DNA of 64,000 bases from assembly GCF_000497125.1 (NCBI RefSeq), contig NC_090604.1, forward strand, positions 392,651 to 456,650, in the 5' to 3' direction. Below the pieces are notes generated by a model. The model searched no databases. It worked only from the letters and a program-made list of their open reading frames with translations, and had not been told where the DNA came from. The translations under genes and the position numbers were made by a program. This DNA is from Spironucleus salmonicida. Taxonomy: Eukaryota. This document shows, in pieces, positions 12,502 through 25,207 of this stretch. Position 1 is the stretch's first letter. Each line of letters starts with the position of its first letter.

Positions 12502-13236
12502 ATGTCACTCAAAACTCTCAAATCAGGAGCAATCAAATGCATCTATTGTGACATTTCTTTTAAAACCAAAGAATCTGCAGCGAAGCATTTAAAGACCCCT
12601 GGTCATAAAGCCCGAAAAGAGTCAGCCACGTCAAAGTTAAATTCATCAACTCGTTCATCACTGTCAAAGTCACCTAAAACGACCAAATCATCATTAAAGG
12701 TAAAGGCGACGATAAAATCTCCCAAACCAGCCTCAAGGTCCATTCTACGCGATACCTCTATCCTCTCAAAACCCCCGAAATCTCCGAAATCAACCAAATC
12801 AGCCCGAACAAAAGATTCTATAATCGAAGATTCCTATATGGAAGACCAGACATTTTAAGAATCAGTCGTTTCCGAAACGTCAGATAACTCCGTCCGCTTC
12901 AACACTGGAAACTCTGACTTGATCATCGCAAAATTGGACCAGATTATAGAGAAATAGAACCTTTTGGAGCTAAGAATTTAAAATTTTGAGTCAAAATTTG
13001 AGCATTCAAACAGGGACAAGTAGAGGCAGTTAGTGCAAGCAATCGACAACGATCCTGTAATTAACGAAAATCTGCAGGAAATCAAGAGGATTGAGGCCGC
13101 CGAAAAAATTATTTAAGAGCGACTGGGAATGCTAAGTAGATCGCAGCGCAACGATGGTTACAGCTCCCAGAGGCCTAAAAGCAGCGGTAACCTGAAGAGG
13201 AGCTGCGAGGTCTGCGGCAGCTCAAGCGGGTGGTGA
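12502..13236 (+). CDS. C2H2 (U1/matrin-like) zinc-finger protein with Ser/Lys-rich linker and coiled coil (244 aa)
   Basis: CIYCDISFKTKESAAKHLKTPGH; open in code 6 to TGA 13234-13236. Confidence 0.8.
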
Positions 13237-13368
13237 AGTGAAATTTTTTTGCCCCTCAAAATCGAAATGCGGCACTTAAAACACGCATTGCACCTCGCTC
13301 TGCCCGGGCCGCATATTTCAAATTTTATTATTACTAGTATCTAATAATATTAATCACCTCTACCCAAA

Positions 13369-13653
13369 ATGTCCGAGCAGCTGTCCGACGCGCAGGACAT
13401 CGTCAGGACCGCCGCCTTGCTGATAGACGCCGAAATCGCCGCCCTGAACAAGGAAAAACAGGAAAAGTACGCACTTATCCGGGAATTTCCCGGGAAAGGC
13501 GTGGACGCCGCGGGCTTCCCTGAGGCGGACTACCCGCACCTGGAAATCGCATGCGCGAAGGCACGGATCGGCGAGATCGCTGACCTGCTCGGTGCCAAAG
13601 AAGAGGAGCTCAGCAAGAAGATGGCGCTGTATTTTGCGATGGACGTCTAGTGA
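13369..13653 (+). CDS. Nas2/PSMD9 N-terminal-domain-like protein, no PDZ domain (94 aa)
   Basis: Helix, then GVDAAGFPEAD, then helix, resembling the Nas2_N LVDxEGFPRxD motif; ends TAG-TGA. Confidence 0.5.
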
Positions 13654-13662
13654 AGCGAATTG

Positions 13663-14112
13663 TCACATGTACTCTTCCTCCTCTAAAAACCTGAAATCGA
13701 AGCCTTTCAGCTGCTCCCTGAAGTCGCCAACCACAATTTCCTCGGGAACGACGAAGTCTGCGAGATTAACGCGCGTTTCGCTGTAGACTTTTCGGCGCGG
13801 TAAGCTCCCCGAGCGCTGCGCGTTTCGGGCAGTGAAGAGGTTGAAATTCGCCTTTTCGTCGTTCAGGATCGTGCTTTTATTGCTAGTTATGGCGTGGACG
13901 TCCAACTTCAGGCTGAACGAGCAGCTGGATGTGAAATTTCCGCGCAGAATCGGATTAGCAGTCGGCGCGTAGAGGCAGCTTTTTTGCTTTTGCTTGAGCG
14001 GCTGCGGTGGGGATTGGGTGTATTTCGTGGTATTTTAGAACAGGACGCCCAGATTACACGCGGACTCGCCGAATGTGAAATGTTCAGATGGGGATTTGAA
14101 CTGTTTCTTCAT
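13663..14112 (-). CDS. Hypothetical protein (149 aa)
   Basis: MKKQFKSPSEHF... open in code 6 through to EEEEYM-stop. Confidence 0.6.
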
Positions 14113-14208
14113 TTCTTTTTGCAAATACTATATTACGATTACCAATATCTAGAAACGCCAAATGCTTAATATATTTTACTCATTACTAAGATAAAATTTA
14201 TTTGCCAT

Positions 14209-14281
14209 GCTTCTTTGGTGTAGTCGGTTAGCATCTAAGACTCTGAATCTTGTGACCCCAGTTCGAGTCTGGGAAGAAGCA
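14209..14281 (+). tRNA. tRNA-Gln(CUG)
   Basis: GCTTCTT/AAGAAGC acceptor stem, loop CT-CTG-AA, T-arm CCCAG-TTCGAGT-CTGGG. Confidence 0.95.
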
Positions 14282-14463
14282 TATTTTATTAAAATTTCAT
14301 CTACAATTTTTCAATTCTATACATTATTATACAATATAATTAACTTTTTCATCATTCCAAACAAATTTTCCCAAATTTTTACTATTATTATACATTAATA
14401 TACCGATTTCCTTCCAATTTCCAAAATTTCCAAAATTTTCAAAATTTCCCAAAACTTCCCAAA

Positions 14464-15798
14464 ATGCAAGACCCGCACTCCCTCGCGCTCGCGGAGCTCC
14501 TGCGCCAGAACGGCTTTTTCGAGTCGCTCCCGCCGGCTGCCACGCCGCTCGCCGCGCACCTGTTCCAGGAGTACGCGTCCCTGCGCGCCTCGCTTTCTGC
14601 GCTGCGCGCGGAGCTGCTGGAGCTGCGCGAAACGGCCACTTTCCAGCAAAAACTCTTGCAGCCGATTCAGGCCGACAACCGCAAATTGCTGGAAGAGAAC
14701 AACTTCCTGACGCTCCGAATCGCCGAATTAGAGGACCAGGAGAACTACCAAAATAACCCGCTCCCTCCGCTCCCTTCCAGGCAAAATTTCGGTGGAACGG
14801 ACGCGGAAAGTCACGCGATGGAAGCGGAAATCCGCAAACTGCGCGCGTACTGCAAGGAGGTAAACTTGAAAAGTGACGGGGTCGAAGAGGAGTGCAAGAA
14901 GCTGAAAAACGAGCTAGAATGGGGGTACAAGAATAACGAAAAAGTCGTGCAGCAGCTTGAAGCGGAAAAACGAAAAAAGTCATCTAATTCATATAATAAT
15001 AGTAATAATTCGCAAAATCTGTAGAATGTTCAAATTTAGGAAATTGTGTCTAATACGTTAAATATCTCGAATTCGGTGTCTAGGTCGTCGCTGGAGTCCG
15101 TTTAGTCGGTTCATACGCATGAAATTCAGATTCAGACCGAAGAAGAGGCTTGTTTTAACTGTAGTATTTATATTCAGCAAATTAACGATTTAAAGAGCAA
15201 TTTGCGAAATAAAAATAATATTTCTACGGCAAATAATACCAGTATACTTAATAATACATAATAATAACTTTTCACTTCAAATCAGCAATTATCAAGTTTT
15301 TAACTAAAAATCGACGAATTGAACAAAAAAATATTAGGAATGGAAATTGAAGTTTAAAATGAAAAATAATTGAATTTAGAAAAAAATAATTCTACGGCAG
15401 AATTACAAGCCACAAACATAGTTTAAACGGCTTTAATTTCATAATTGGAAAAATAAATATTAAATCTTTAAACCGAAAAGCTCGATCAAGTATAAGAAAA
15501 ATAAAATCATATATAATTATATAATAATGTAATGTCTGAGTAAAAAGGTGTATAACTGGAGCACATAAAACTGCAAAAAACTGCACAGAAACTGGGTCAA
15601 ACGATTATGGATTTGAAGGCGAGGCGCAAACTTGACGAAGGAGTAATTTGCAGACTTGACAAAGCAAATAGTGTAATGAGCGGATTTTTGAGCAAACTCA
15701 GCCTCGAAAATTAAAGGTTGAAGAGAAAGTTCGGTGTGGAGGAGCTGGGGGTCTTGGAAAACGAATAATAGGCACAGTGCGACGATTTCGCGATTTGA
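14464..15798 (+). CDS. Coiled-coil protein with CEP135/Bld10-like N-terminus (444 aa)
   Basis: LRQNGFFESLPPAATPLAAHLFQEY...LQPIQADNRKLLEENNFL resembles the CEP135 N-terminus; open in code 6 to TGA 15796-15798. Confidence 0.6.
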
Positions 15799-16244
15799 GG
15801 ATTTTTCGTTATATACTATTTAATATGTATAATAATGAGGAATATAGAAAAAAACGGATTTTTAGTTATGTAGAAAATTTATATATTATTATATTATTTT
15901 AATTGTAATTTCCACTCCACGTAATTTTCAACTCCCGCCGTCACGCGTTCGGTGCGTGTCGGCAGCAATTGGGCGTTCAGACTATTGTTCTATATTATAA
16001 TAATATTATTATATCTGTAAATAACGTGATATGTTGATTCTTCCGATGATCGGTAATTGCTAAATGTGGTGCCAGCACTCGCCCCAATAACTATTTTACT
16101 TATCTTAGTTCTCATTAAGTCTGGGAGGATAGAATTGAGGTCCTTTTGCAGGCAGCGCAATTTCTGCATATCTGATTGCGGCAGTCGGCACGCACCGGAG
16201 TTATGTTCTAATTAATGATAGGCAGCGCAGCCCACGGCGTTCAG

Positions 16245-17695
16245 TCTTGCAGGCGGAGTCGCGGGAGATGTTCCGCGGTGAAACGTTGGCCGTTCTAAAT
16301 TATGGGAAATCGGAGTTCAGATGGTCTCAGGTGATATGAGATAAGTGGTGGTATCGTCAGCGGTAAATGGTCTTCAGTCTGTTTTGGGGTATTTCTCGAC
16401 ACAGTTCAGGTGCCTATTGGATGGAAGGTCGTGGCAAAGTGATTTGAATCTAATGTAGTCGCCGCTGAGTTCTCTAGGTTTAGAGCGGAATCGTAGCGGT
16501 ACTGCAGGTAGGTGATGGCATTGGGAACTAGAGAAGACCGCACTGGCCATTTGCATGAATGCTCCAGTGAGGTGTTCAGAACGTACAATTCCGGGGATAC
16601 CTGGCGAAATTGTTTTACTGGACGTGAGCTTGGCAGTAGTATGTATATTATGGATCTATGCTGACGGCATATTGGGGTGTAGGTGGGCAAAAATAGTCGG
16701 CTTTCAGGTATCATCTGGAGTGGGCAGGCCGGAGGATGAGTTAGGCGCATACTAACGGTTCGGGGTAGGACAAGTGCACAGGAATTGGAGTTTTAAAGAT
16801 AAACATGTTTAGTGGGAATGCGGAGAGGCACTGGGAGGTGGGATCTAGGGTTGAACCAGCGCACCAAAGCATGTTGAAATGAAGTCCGTGTTAGGGTAAT
16901 GCATCAAAAGTATGACAATGGTAGCTCGCAGAAAATAGGTGGGAGGAGGCTGGTAGTCAAGCAGGGTTAAAGGAAATATGGCAGCAGCTAGTGGGTGCCG
17001 AACTCATTAAGTAGTTGGAGAAATTGATGCGAAGATGGGTATATGTAGGTGGCTGGGCTGGTGCCGCCTGGGTATGGCTGCGATACAGTGAGAGCTCTAC
17101 AAATAACAAAGGAGTATGACCGTGATATAGTGGGTAGGGCTCAAATGCTGCATCCACGCTAGGTGCAAAATAACAGCAGTGACCAGGCGTATAGGGCTAA
17201 TACGAATTTATGCAATTGCTGGGTAGTTTATAGATGTTTGATCTATAATAGTTTAAGATACCTGCTCGGGGGCAAGCTTTCCGCCAGAAACGGCCATTAG
17301 CTGGGTACCGAACTGTTTGGATACCGAATTGGTATGGAACTAGTGTGCTGGTAAACTGACACCGCAAGTGTCTTGGGGTGTTCTATATTATTGGGGATGA
17401 CATCAAGCCTGCTAGGTATGCATTATCAAACTGAACGCTAAATAATCTATATTTATATATATTAAATTACCACATCATCATAATGCCGTCCTCAGGTAAA
17501 TTTGGTTGAAACTGCGCGGCCCTAGCAGAGATACACGCATGGCGGATTGTGTTCTTTTCTGGGTCTATTACTGTTTAAATTGTAACTTATGATATCATTG
17601 CTCCAAGTCAGCATTAACACTGTTCGACCTGCATACTCTTGGAATATCCGAGTGGAAAGCTTAGTATAAACGTGCAGGAAAATATATATTGCCAA
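16245..17695. repeat. CRMP-array 3' flanking repeat, long copy 1
   Basis: Colinear with about 56985-58319 (e.g. GGGAGATGTTCCGCGGTGAAAC, TGGTTGAACCAGCGCACCAAAGCATGTTGAA-like block); extra segment near 16950-17100. Confidence 0.9.
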
Positions 17696-18565
17696 TCACT
17701 GTTACTCCACTCTCTTCTTAGCCTTTCTAACAAAATAATATGCTAGACCGCCACCAATTGCCCCAACGACCACCAAAACACCAACCACTATACCAACAAT
17801 CGCCCCAGTCCCGATCTTGTTGGCCTCAGAACCTTGTTAGTCGGGCCAGCACATATCGCCAATAAATTTATATCCAACAGCACATGCATTGCAGGTTCCA
17901 GCTACTCCCATAACTACGTTAGGCAAACACGTCTCACAGGCATTCAATTCGGTGGTACAAGAAGCACAATTGGTATCGAATCCACATTAGCAAGCTGAAT
18001 CAAGCCCAGCAACACAGGGTGTAGCTACACCATTTTTGCAGTAGTTACCATCGGTCATATCCTTGCATAAAAGAGTACACGTACCGTGAATTGTGGTAAC
18101 ATGCGTACTTCCATTGCATGCGTTGCAGAATGTAGCCGATGAGCAAATTGTGCAGTTTTAACCACACGGCACGCACCTCTTTGTGGATATATCGCAAAAG
18201 GTCGAAACCTGATCGCCGCAGTCTTCACTACTTCCACATACTCTGATGCATTTGGTACCTTCTATTATGAACCCATCGGCGCATTTCTGACATGAATTCG
18301 ACGCGGTGCATTGTACACAACCTTTTCGGCATCTAGAGCAGACATTTGTATTGAGAAAAGTGCCAGGGAGGCAGGCGGCGCAATTTCCTCCAGAGCACGT
18401 CTTGCAGTTTGTGATAACTGTATCATCCACACAATAGCAGCCCTGACCTAATTTCATTTCTTCTTCGCAAGGAATGCAGTCTACTGTCTCCGTGCCAGTA
18501 GTTGGGCAGAAGTGGCCGGATTTGCAGGTAGTGTTGGTTTTGGAACATGTACCTGTCGAGTTCAT
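17696..18565 (-). CDS. Cysteine-rich membrane protein (CRMP1/VSP-like), array A, tail extended to [10 protein letters not shown]
   Basis: CxxC repeats, [27 protein letters not shown], basic tail; the family stop TGA is AGA here. Confidence 0.92.
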
Positions 18566-19022
18566 TTTACAATTTTACAGGACTATTGAATGGATAATAT
18601 GATAAATAAGCGAGTTTCTAGGTTTCGCAAGGAAAGGTATGCTATTATATTTTATATATACTAATTTGTATATTCGGTAAAATTACTTAACTTTACTAAT
18701 TATCATTTAATATAGGTTCATGAAAATAGTTTTCTTAAACTTTACTTTTTGCTAACGGTATTATTAGCAGAAATAAATAACTAAGATGTAAAAATCGTAA
18801 AATTTATAAATATAGTAGGAATATCCATTAATTCTATCTCAAGCATCTTCATAGAAACTGTTTATACACTCCTCACTGCAGAACCATAATTAGTGATTAT
18901 CATATAACCCAAACCCGCTCAAGTAGTTTATACCCTAAAATGAGGGAAGTATCCGCCTGAGCTTTACCTGCCATATACACCTAGTCAAGTTAGTTAACTT
19001 CTATCACCCGTAACTATTTTCA

Positions 19023-19799
19023 TCACTTCTTCCCCCTCCTAACAAAATAGTAGGCCAGGCCGCCCCCAACTGCCCCAACGACCAGTAAGACCCCAATCAC
19101 GATGCCAGCCACTGCCCCGCCACTCAAACGATAGCTATTAACACCGGGCTCTGGAACAACAGGGTCGGGACCAGGCGGCACAGGGACCTCGCCGGCGACC
19201 ACATCGTCCTTGGTGCAGATTTTACCTACCATGACAAGCCCATCGGCGCACTCCGAGCACTTCCCGTCGGTGCCCTTTTTCATGTTTGTCAAACATGACT
19301 AGCAGCTGCTCCCATCCCGAGTACACTCCGCACAGTTTTAGGGCCCATTACACACGCACGGGGACGTGGAATTCCGATTACAGTTCACTAAACCGGAGAT
19401 GGAGCAGTATACATGCGACCTGTTATCATTGCAGAACGGCGCGCACTCACCAGTTATCAAGGTAGTGGGCTTGCTGGTAGTGTTGTTACATTCTGCGCAA
19501 AATTTGAATGAGGTGCAGGTCTTGCAGCCCGCAGCGCAGGGCTTGCAGGTTTTACTGGTGCCGTCGCAGAATCCGAGTTTTTTGTCACGGCATTCCTTGT
19601 TCGTGGTGCACGTCTCTTCTTCTGGTGCGGGAGGTGCGGGGTCGGTTGGGTCAGATTTATCGGCTGGACTCTCGTTCTGCTTGTTGGGGGCGCAGAGGCC
19701 TTGGGAGAGGTGGTATTCTGGTATGCAGGCGGTGCAGGCCCCCTTGTCGCAGGATGCGCAGTTGGGGGTCGTTTGGGTGCAGCTTGCCGAATCTGTCAT
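19023..19799 (-). CDS. Cysteine-rich membrane protein (divergent CRMP1), array A, 258 aa
   Basis: CxxC repeats, Pro-rich stalk, TM, RRGKK tail. Confidence 0.92.
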
Positions 19800-21404
19800 T
19801 TTGGTTTATAGGTAGTGATAAAAATTCGGCAATATAGTAAGCCTGTTAGTTGTTAGTTTTTAATATATGTGAATATATAAATTAAAAGGTGAATAAAATC
19901 ATTCTAAAAATAAAATATATCGTCGTGGATGAGTAATAGCCTTAAATGCAATAATTTGGATAATGTACTTAATTCGCTTCAACTCTGTTTATATAAACAT
20001 CATGAAAATTAATATAATGCAAATACAGTTTAAGTAACTTTTAAGTATATCTAATATAAGTACATTATAGTATTGAATCTAAATATCCGAGAAAACAAAG
20101 TAAAATCTAATATTTTTGCTATGCTAAAGTATAATATCCCAATCACATGTTATGCTCTAAAATTTGGTTTCTACATATTTCTACTAGTGATAAATAGTGA
20201 TAGTGAATGAGAACCGAGAATAGCTGCACCTGTCTTGCTTGGATAGTGAGGCTGGGCCTGGTGTTGTAGAACGACTTAGCCTATCTACAATATCGAATAG
20301 GAGTACCAGGTTAAAGAATGCGATACTGTCCTACCAATTAGGATCCATTCTGCCTGTTCTAGATAGACTCACCGGAGTCCTACTAGCATGGCCCATGGCC
20401 CAATTCAAAGGTGCTATCCTATTGACTTTCTACTTTAACTTACCTACTGCTCTGCATGGTTTAGTGTGGATCTTTTTAGATCGTGCCATAACCTCCCGGC
20501 AGTGCATTCTTCTACCAGTACAGCTGCTCTACAGTAGATATCCTTTGCTAATGAACTATCTATATAGTGCTTAAATTATTGAGAGTCATAAATCGCAAAT
20601 TTAAAATCTACCAAATACTAAAGTTCATATATAACTTGGTTAGCACCTGGAGTAAAACACGCATACGAATATACCCATAGCATGTAAAATAACCATGTAA
20701 GAAATTTTAATTTCTATGCTTAATATGCACACTCTGCGTATTCTATGCGAGCTAGGACCATCACAAATGAGCTAAGGCCTCACCTTCTAGCTAGTCTTCT
20801 GTCACACTGGTATTCCGTGTACATATTTCTCGCTAAATGTAAATCTTCTAAAATCCTCAATCATCACCGCCCAATACATTTATATCATTTTGAAACTTTC
20901 GATATTTTATCATTAGCGATTGTAAAGCAAAATATTCAAACCATTAAAACGTTCAAAATTTTCAAAAATAATATATACATAATTATATAAAATTATACAT
21001 ATAATTATTTATATACAATTATATACACTTATATATAATAATTATTGTTATTATTTATATACACTTATATATAATAATTATTATTATTTACATATTGACC
21101 ACCTACCGCTAAAATTACCATTTGACCGCAGCAAACTAGCTTATTTAGCCTCCAATTCGGCTGCTTCACCTCGAACTGGTAGTCATTACGCCTTAAACCG
21201 TTTTAAGCAGGAATAAGGTGCACGAAAATTAAAATTTATACTTTCATATTTCCATCTTGGCGCAACTGCTGAGACTTTCTATTTCTGGTACATTTACAGC
21301 ATATACTTGCTTTATCTGCAAGGAAAATTACTTTAAACAGATGAGCAAAATTACCTTAAATAAATTGCAAATTTAGCTACTACTCCTCCAAGCAGATGCT
21401 GATT

Positions 21405-21975
21405 TTCGATGTGAACCAGCAGCTCTGCAGCCCATTTTTACGTGCAATTTGCGGCGAATTAATTACTTCAAATCCGGTGTTCTGGGTCTTCAATTGTTGT
21501 AATTATCATCTGAATTGGATGGTCCAGGGGCAGAATTGAGCAGAAACTTGCTAGAAAGCTCTTATTATTGCTGTGCAGCGTTCACGTTATAGCTGGGCAA
21601 TTAGAGCTTTCGCTGCAGCCCATTTTTACGTGTAATTTACGAGGTAGTAAGTAATATGTCGTAAAAGTACGTTTCAGTCGGCTTCGGTTGAAAAACGAAA
21701 AATCATGGTAACGTGCGCATCGAGGTCATAAAAATGAGTTTGACGGTTTTGAAAGTAGATACTACGGGTTCATGCTTTTACGACGGGCTGCTTAGTAATT
21801 TGTGGTGCATTTAGTAATTCCTGAACGCCGTTCTGGGGCTTCAATTATTATAGGTAGCCTGTGAATTAGAGAGTCCAAGAGCAGAATTGACCAGAAACCT
21901 ACATCAATAATGCCCCTTACTTATATTATGGCTGTGCAGCGTTCCCGATAGAGCGGGTCATTCTCTGCAGTCATA
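21405..21975. repeat. Degenerate local direct repeats
   Basis: CTGCAGCCCATTTTTACGTG at about 21425 and 21613; TTCTGGG..TTCAATT...GCAGAATTGA.CAGAAAC...GCTGTGCAGCGTTC block at about 21480 and 21830. Confidence 0.65.
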
Positions 21976-22165
21976 GGAGCGGTCTGGTATTTTGTATGTT
22001 CGAATGAGACATTGGCGAACGGTTTATTTCGCTATGTGTATTATTCAGTGGCACTCGAATAGTCTTGCAGCTCTTTGAATCTTCTGTGAGGATCGCGTAA
22101 GTCATTAGAAAATTATCTTAGCACGTTTCATATTTAGTATGGTGAGTAGAGTTATAGGGTGTGCT

Positions 22166-22650
22166 AGTGTTTGTACTATAATAGTTTAAGATAGCTGCTC
22201 GGGGGCTAGCTTTCCGCCAGAAACGGCCATTAGCTGGGTACCGAACTGTTTGGATACCGAATGGGTATGAAGCTAGTGTGCTGGTAGACTGACACCGCTT
22301 AATAAGTGTCTTGGGGTGTTCTATATTATTAGCGATGACATCAAGCCTGCTAGGTATGCATTATGAAACCGAACGCTAAATAATCTATATTTATATATAT
22401 TAAATTACCACATCATCATAATGCCGTCCTCAGGTAAATTTGGTTGAAACTGCGCGACCTTAGCAGAAATGCACGAATAGCGAATCGTGGTCTTTCCTGA
22501 GGTAGTCTACAGTGTAAATTGCGAATATATCATGCCATTGCTCCAAGTCGGCGTTGGCACATTTCGATCTGCATACTCTTGGAGGATCCGAGTGGAAAGC
22601 TTAGTATAAACGTGCAGGAAAATATATATTGCCAATCACTGTAACTCCTC
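22166..22650. repeat. CRMP-array 3' flanking repeat, short copy
   Basis: Homologous to about 17235-17695 and 57838-58319. Confidence 0.9.
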
Positions 22651-23505
22651 TCACTTCTTCGCCTTTCTAATGAAATAATAAGCCAGGCCGCCACCAATTG
22701 CGCCGACGACCACCAAAACACCAACCACAATGCCCACAATCGCCCCAGTCCCTATTTTATTCCCACCAGAACCTTGCTACTCAGGCCAGCACATATTGCC
22801 AATGGGTTAGAACCCAGGAGCACAATCCCTACAAGTACCATCTTCTCCCTTAATAATATTAGGCAAACACGTCTCGCAACCATTTGAAGTAGCGTCGCAC
22901 GAAGCGCAGTTCCGAGCAAATTAACATTTGCAGGCAGAATCAAGCCCTTCGGCGCAGGGTTTAGAAGCACCGTCCTTGCAGTAGTTACCATCCTCCAAAT
23001 TTTCACAATTCGGTGTGCACTTCCCATCGATCGTGGTCACATGAGAAGACCCATCGCACGCGTTGCAGAAAATACCAGAGGAGCAAATTAAGCATTTATT
23101 GCCACACGGCACACAACTATTTAAGGCTATCTCGCAAAAAGTCGAAGCATCATCTTGACAGTCTTCATTTTTAGAGCAGATTCTGTCGCACTCATTATTA
23201 TCCAGGTTATACCCGTCGGCGCACTTCTGGCATGTATTAGAATCGGTGCATTAGCCGCAGCCTTTTAAACATTTGGTACACACATTCCCGCTCAGGAAAG
23301 AGCCTGGGAGGCAGGTTTGGCAAGAAGTTCCATTGCATACTTTGCAATTGGTCGTAACCGTGTTATCTTCACAGTAGCAGCCTTGCCCGAACTTCATGTC
23401 TTCGGTGCAGGGGATACAGCTTACTGAAGTTGTGTCTGTAGTTGGACAGAAATGACCAGCTTTGCAGGTTGTAACTGTTTTAGTACAAGTCCCAGTATCC
23501 GCCAT
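22651..23505 (-). CDS. CRMP1, array B gene 3 (284 aa, RKAKK)
   Basis: 855-nt code-6 ORF with CxxC repeats, TM and basic tail. Confidence 0.93.
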
Positions 23506-23895
23506 TTTTAATTTTAGATGACAATTATTATGAATAATACAGCAAATTGCTTAGTTTCGTAGTTTCACAAATAACAATAGTTTATTATTTTTAGTATATA
23601 TTGAATTATTTTTCCGTAAAATTCGTATAAGTTTAAATTTAACTAATGATATCACGATTTAAAAACCGTTTTTTCTTACATATTAACGATTTTTACTACG
23701 ATTTACCAAGTTACATCGAACAAATTAATATATTTTAAAATAATATAAATAAACTATTGATATTAGATAGTAAAATTTCAAGTCTCTTTATAATTAATAT
23801 TTGTAAGTAAACACTGGAGAGTTTCTTACAATGTCTTTCGAAGTATTAAGATTAATGGATGATTTATTATGATTCATTCAGTTATTGTTTATGCA

Positions 23896-24750
23896 TCACT
23901 TCTTAGCCTTTCTAATGAAATAATATGCTAAACCGCCCCCAACTGCCCCAACGACCACCAAAACACCAACCACAATGCCCACAATCGCCCCAGTACCAAT
24001 CCTATTCACCCCTCCAGATTTTTATTCCGCCCAGCACATATCACCAATAAATTTATATCCAACAGCACATGCATTGCAGGTTCCAGCTACTCCCATAACT
24101 ACGTTAGGCAAACACGTCTCACAGGCATTCAATTCGGTGGTACAAGAAGCGCAATTGGAAGCGAATTCACATTCGCAAGCTGAATCAATCCCTTCAGCGC
24201 AGGGTTTAGGAGAACCGTCCTTGCAGTAGTTACCATCGGCCAAATTATTACACAAAAGAGTACACGTACCGTGAATTGTGGTAACATGCGTACTTCCATT
24301 GCATGCGTTGCAGAATGTAGCTGATGAGCAAATTGTGCAGTTTTAACCACACGGCACGCACCTCTTTGTGGATATATCGCAAAAGGTCGAAACCTGATCG
24401 CCGCAGTCTTCACTACTTCCACATACTCTGATGCATTTGGTACCTTCTATTATGAACCCATCGGCGCATTTCTGACATGAATTCGACGCGGTGCATTGTA
24501 CACAACCTTTTCGGCATCTAGAGCAGACATTTGTATTGAGAAAAGTGCCAGGGAGGCAGGCGGTGCATGCTTCTCCTGTGCACGTCTTGCAGTTTGTGGT
24601 AACTGTATCATCCTTGCAGTAACAGCCCTGACCTAATTTCATTTCTTCTTCGCAAGGAATGCAGTCTACTGTCTCCGTGCCAGTAGTTGGGCAGAAGTGG
24701 CCGGATTTGCAGGTAGTGTTGGTTTTGGAACATGTACCTGTCGAGTTCAT
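23896..24750 (-). CDS. CRMP1, array B gene 2 (284 aa, RKAKK)
   Basis: 855-nt code-6 ORF; largely identical to 17696-18565. Confidence 0.93.
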
Positions 24751-25207
24751 TTTACAATTTTACAGGACTATTGAATGGATAATATGATAAATAAGCGAGT
24801 TTCTAGGTTTCGCAAGGAAAGGTATGCTATTATATTTTATATATACTAATTTGTATATTCGGTAAAATTACTTAACTTTACTAATTATCATTTAATATAG
24901 GTTCATGAAAATAGTTTTCTTAAACTTTACTTTTTGCTAACGGTATTATTAGCAGAAATAAATAACTAAGATGTAAAAATCGTAAAATTTATAAATATAG
25001 TAGGAATATCCATTAATTCTATCTCAAGCATCTTCATAGAAACTGTTTATACACTCCTCACTGCAGAACCATAATTAGTGATTATCATATAACCCAAACC
25101 CGCTCAAGTAGTTTATACCCTAAAATGAGGGAAGTATCCGCCTGAGCTTTACCTGCCATATACACCTAGTCAAGTTAGTTAACTTCTATCACCCGTAACT
25201 ATTTTCA

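Noticed and set aside
14327-14983. 218-aa minus-strand ORF and other antisense ORFs over GC-rich genes (28176-28694, 19366-19815, 37866-38162)
   Set aside because: Shadow frames of well-supported genes on the opposite strand
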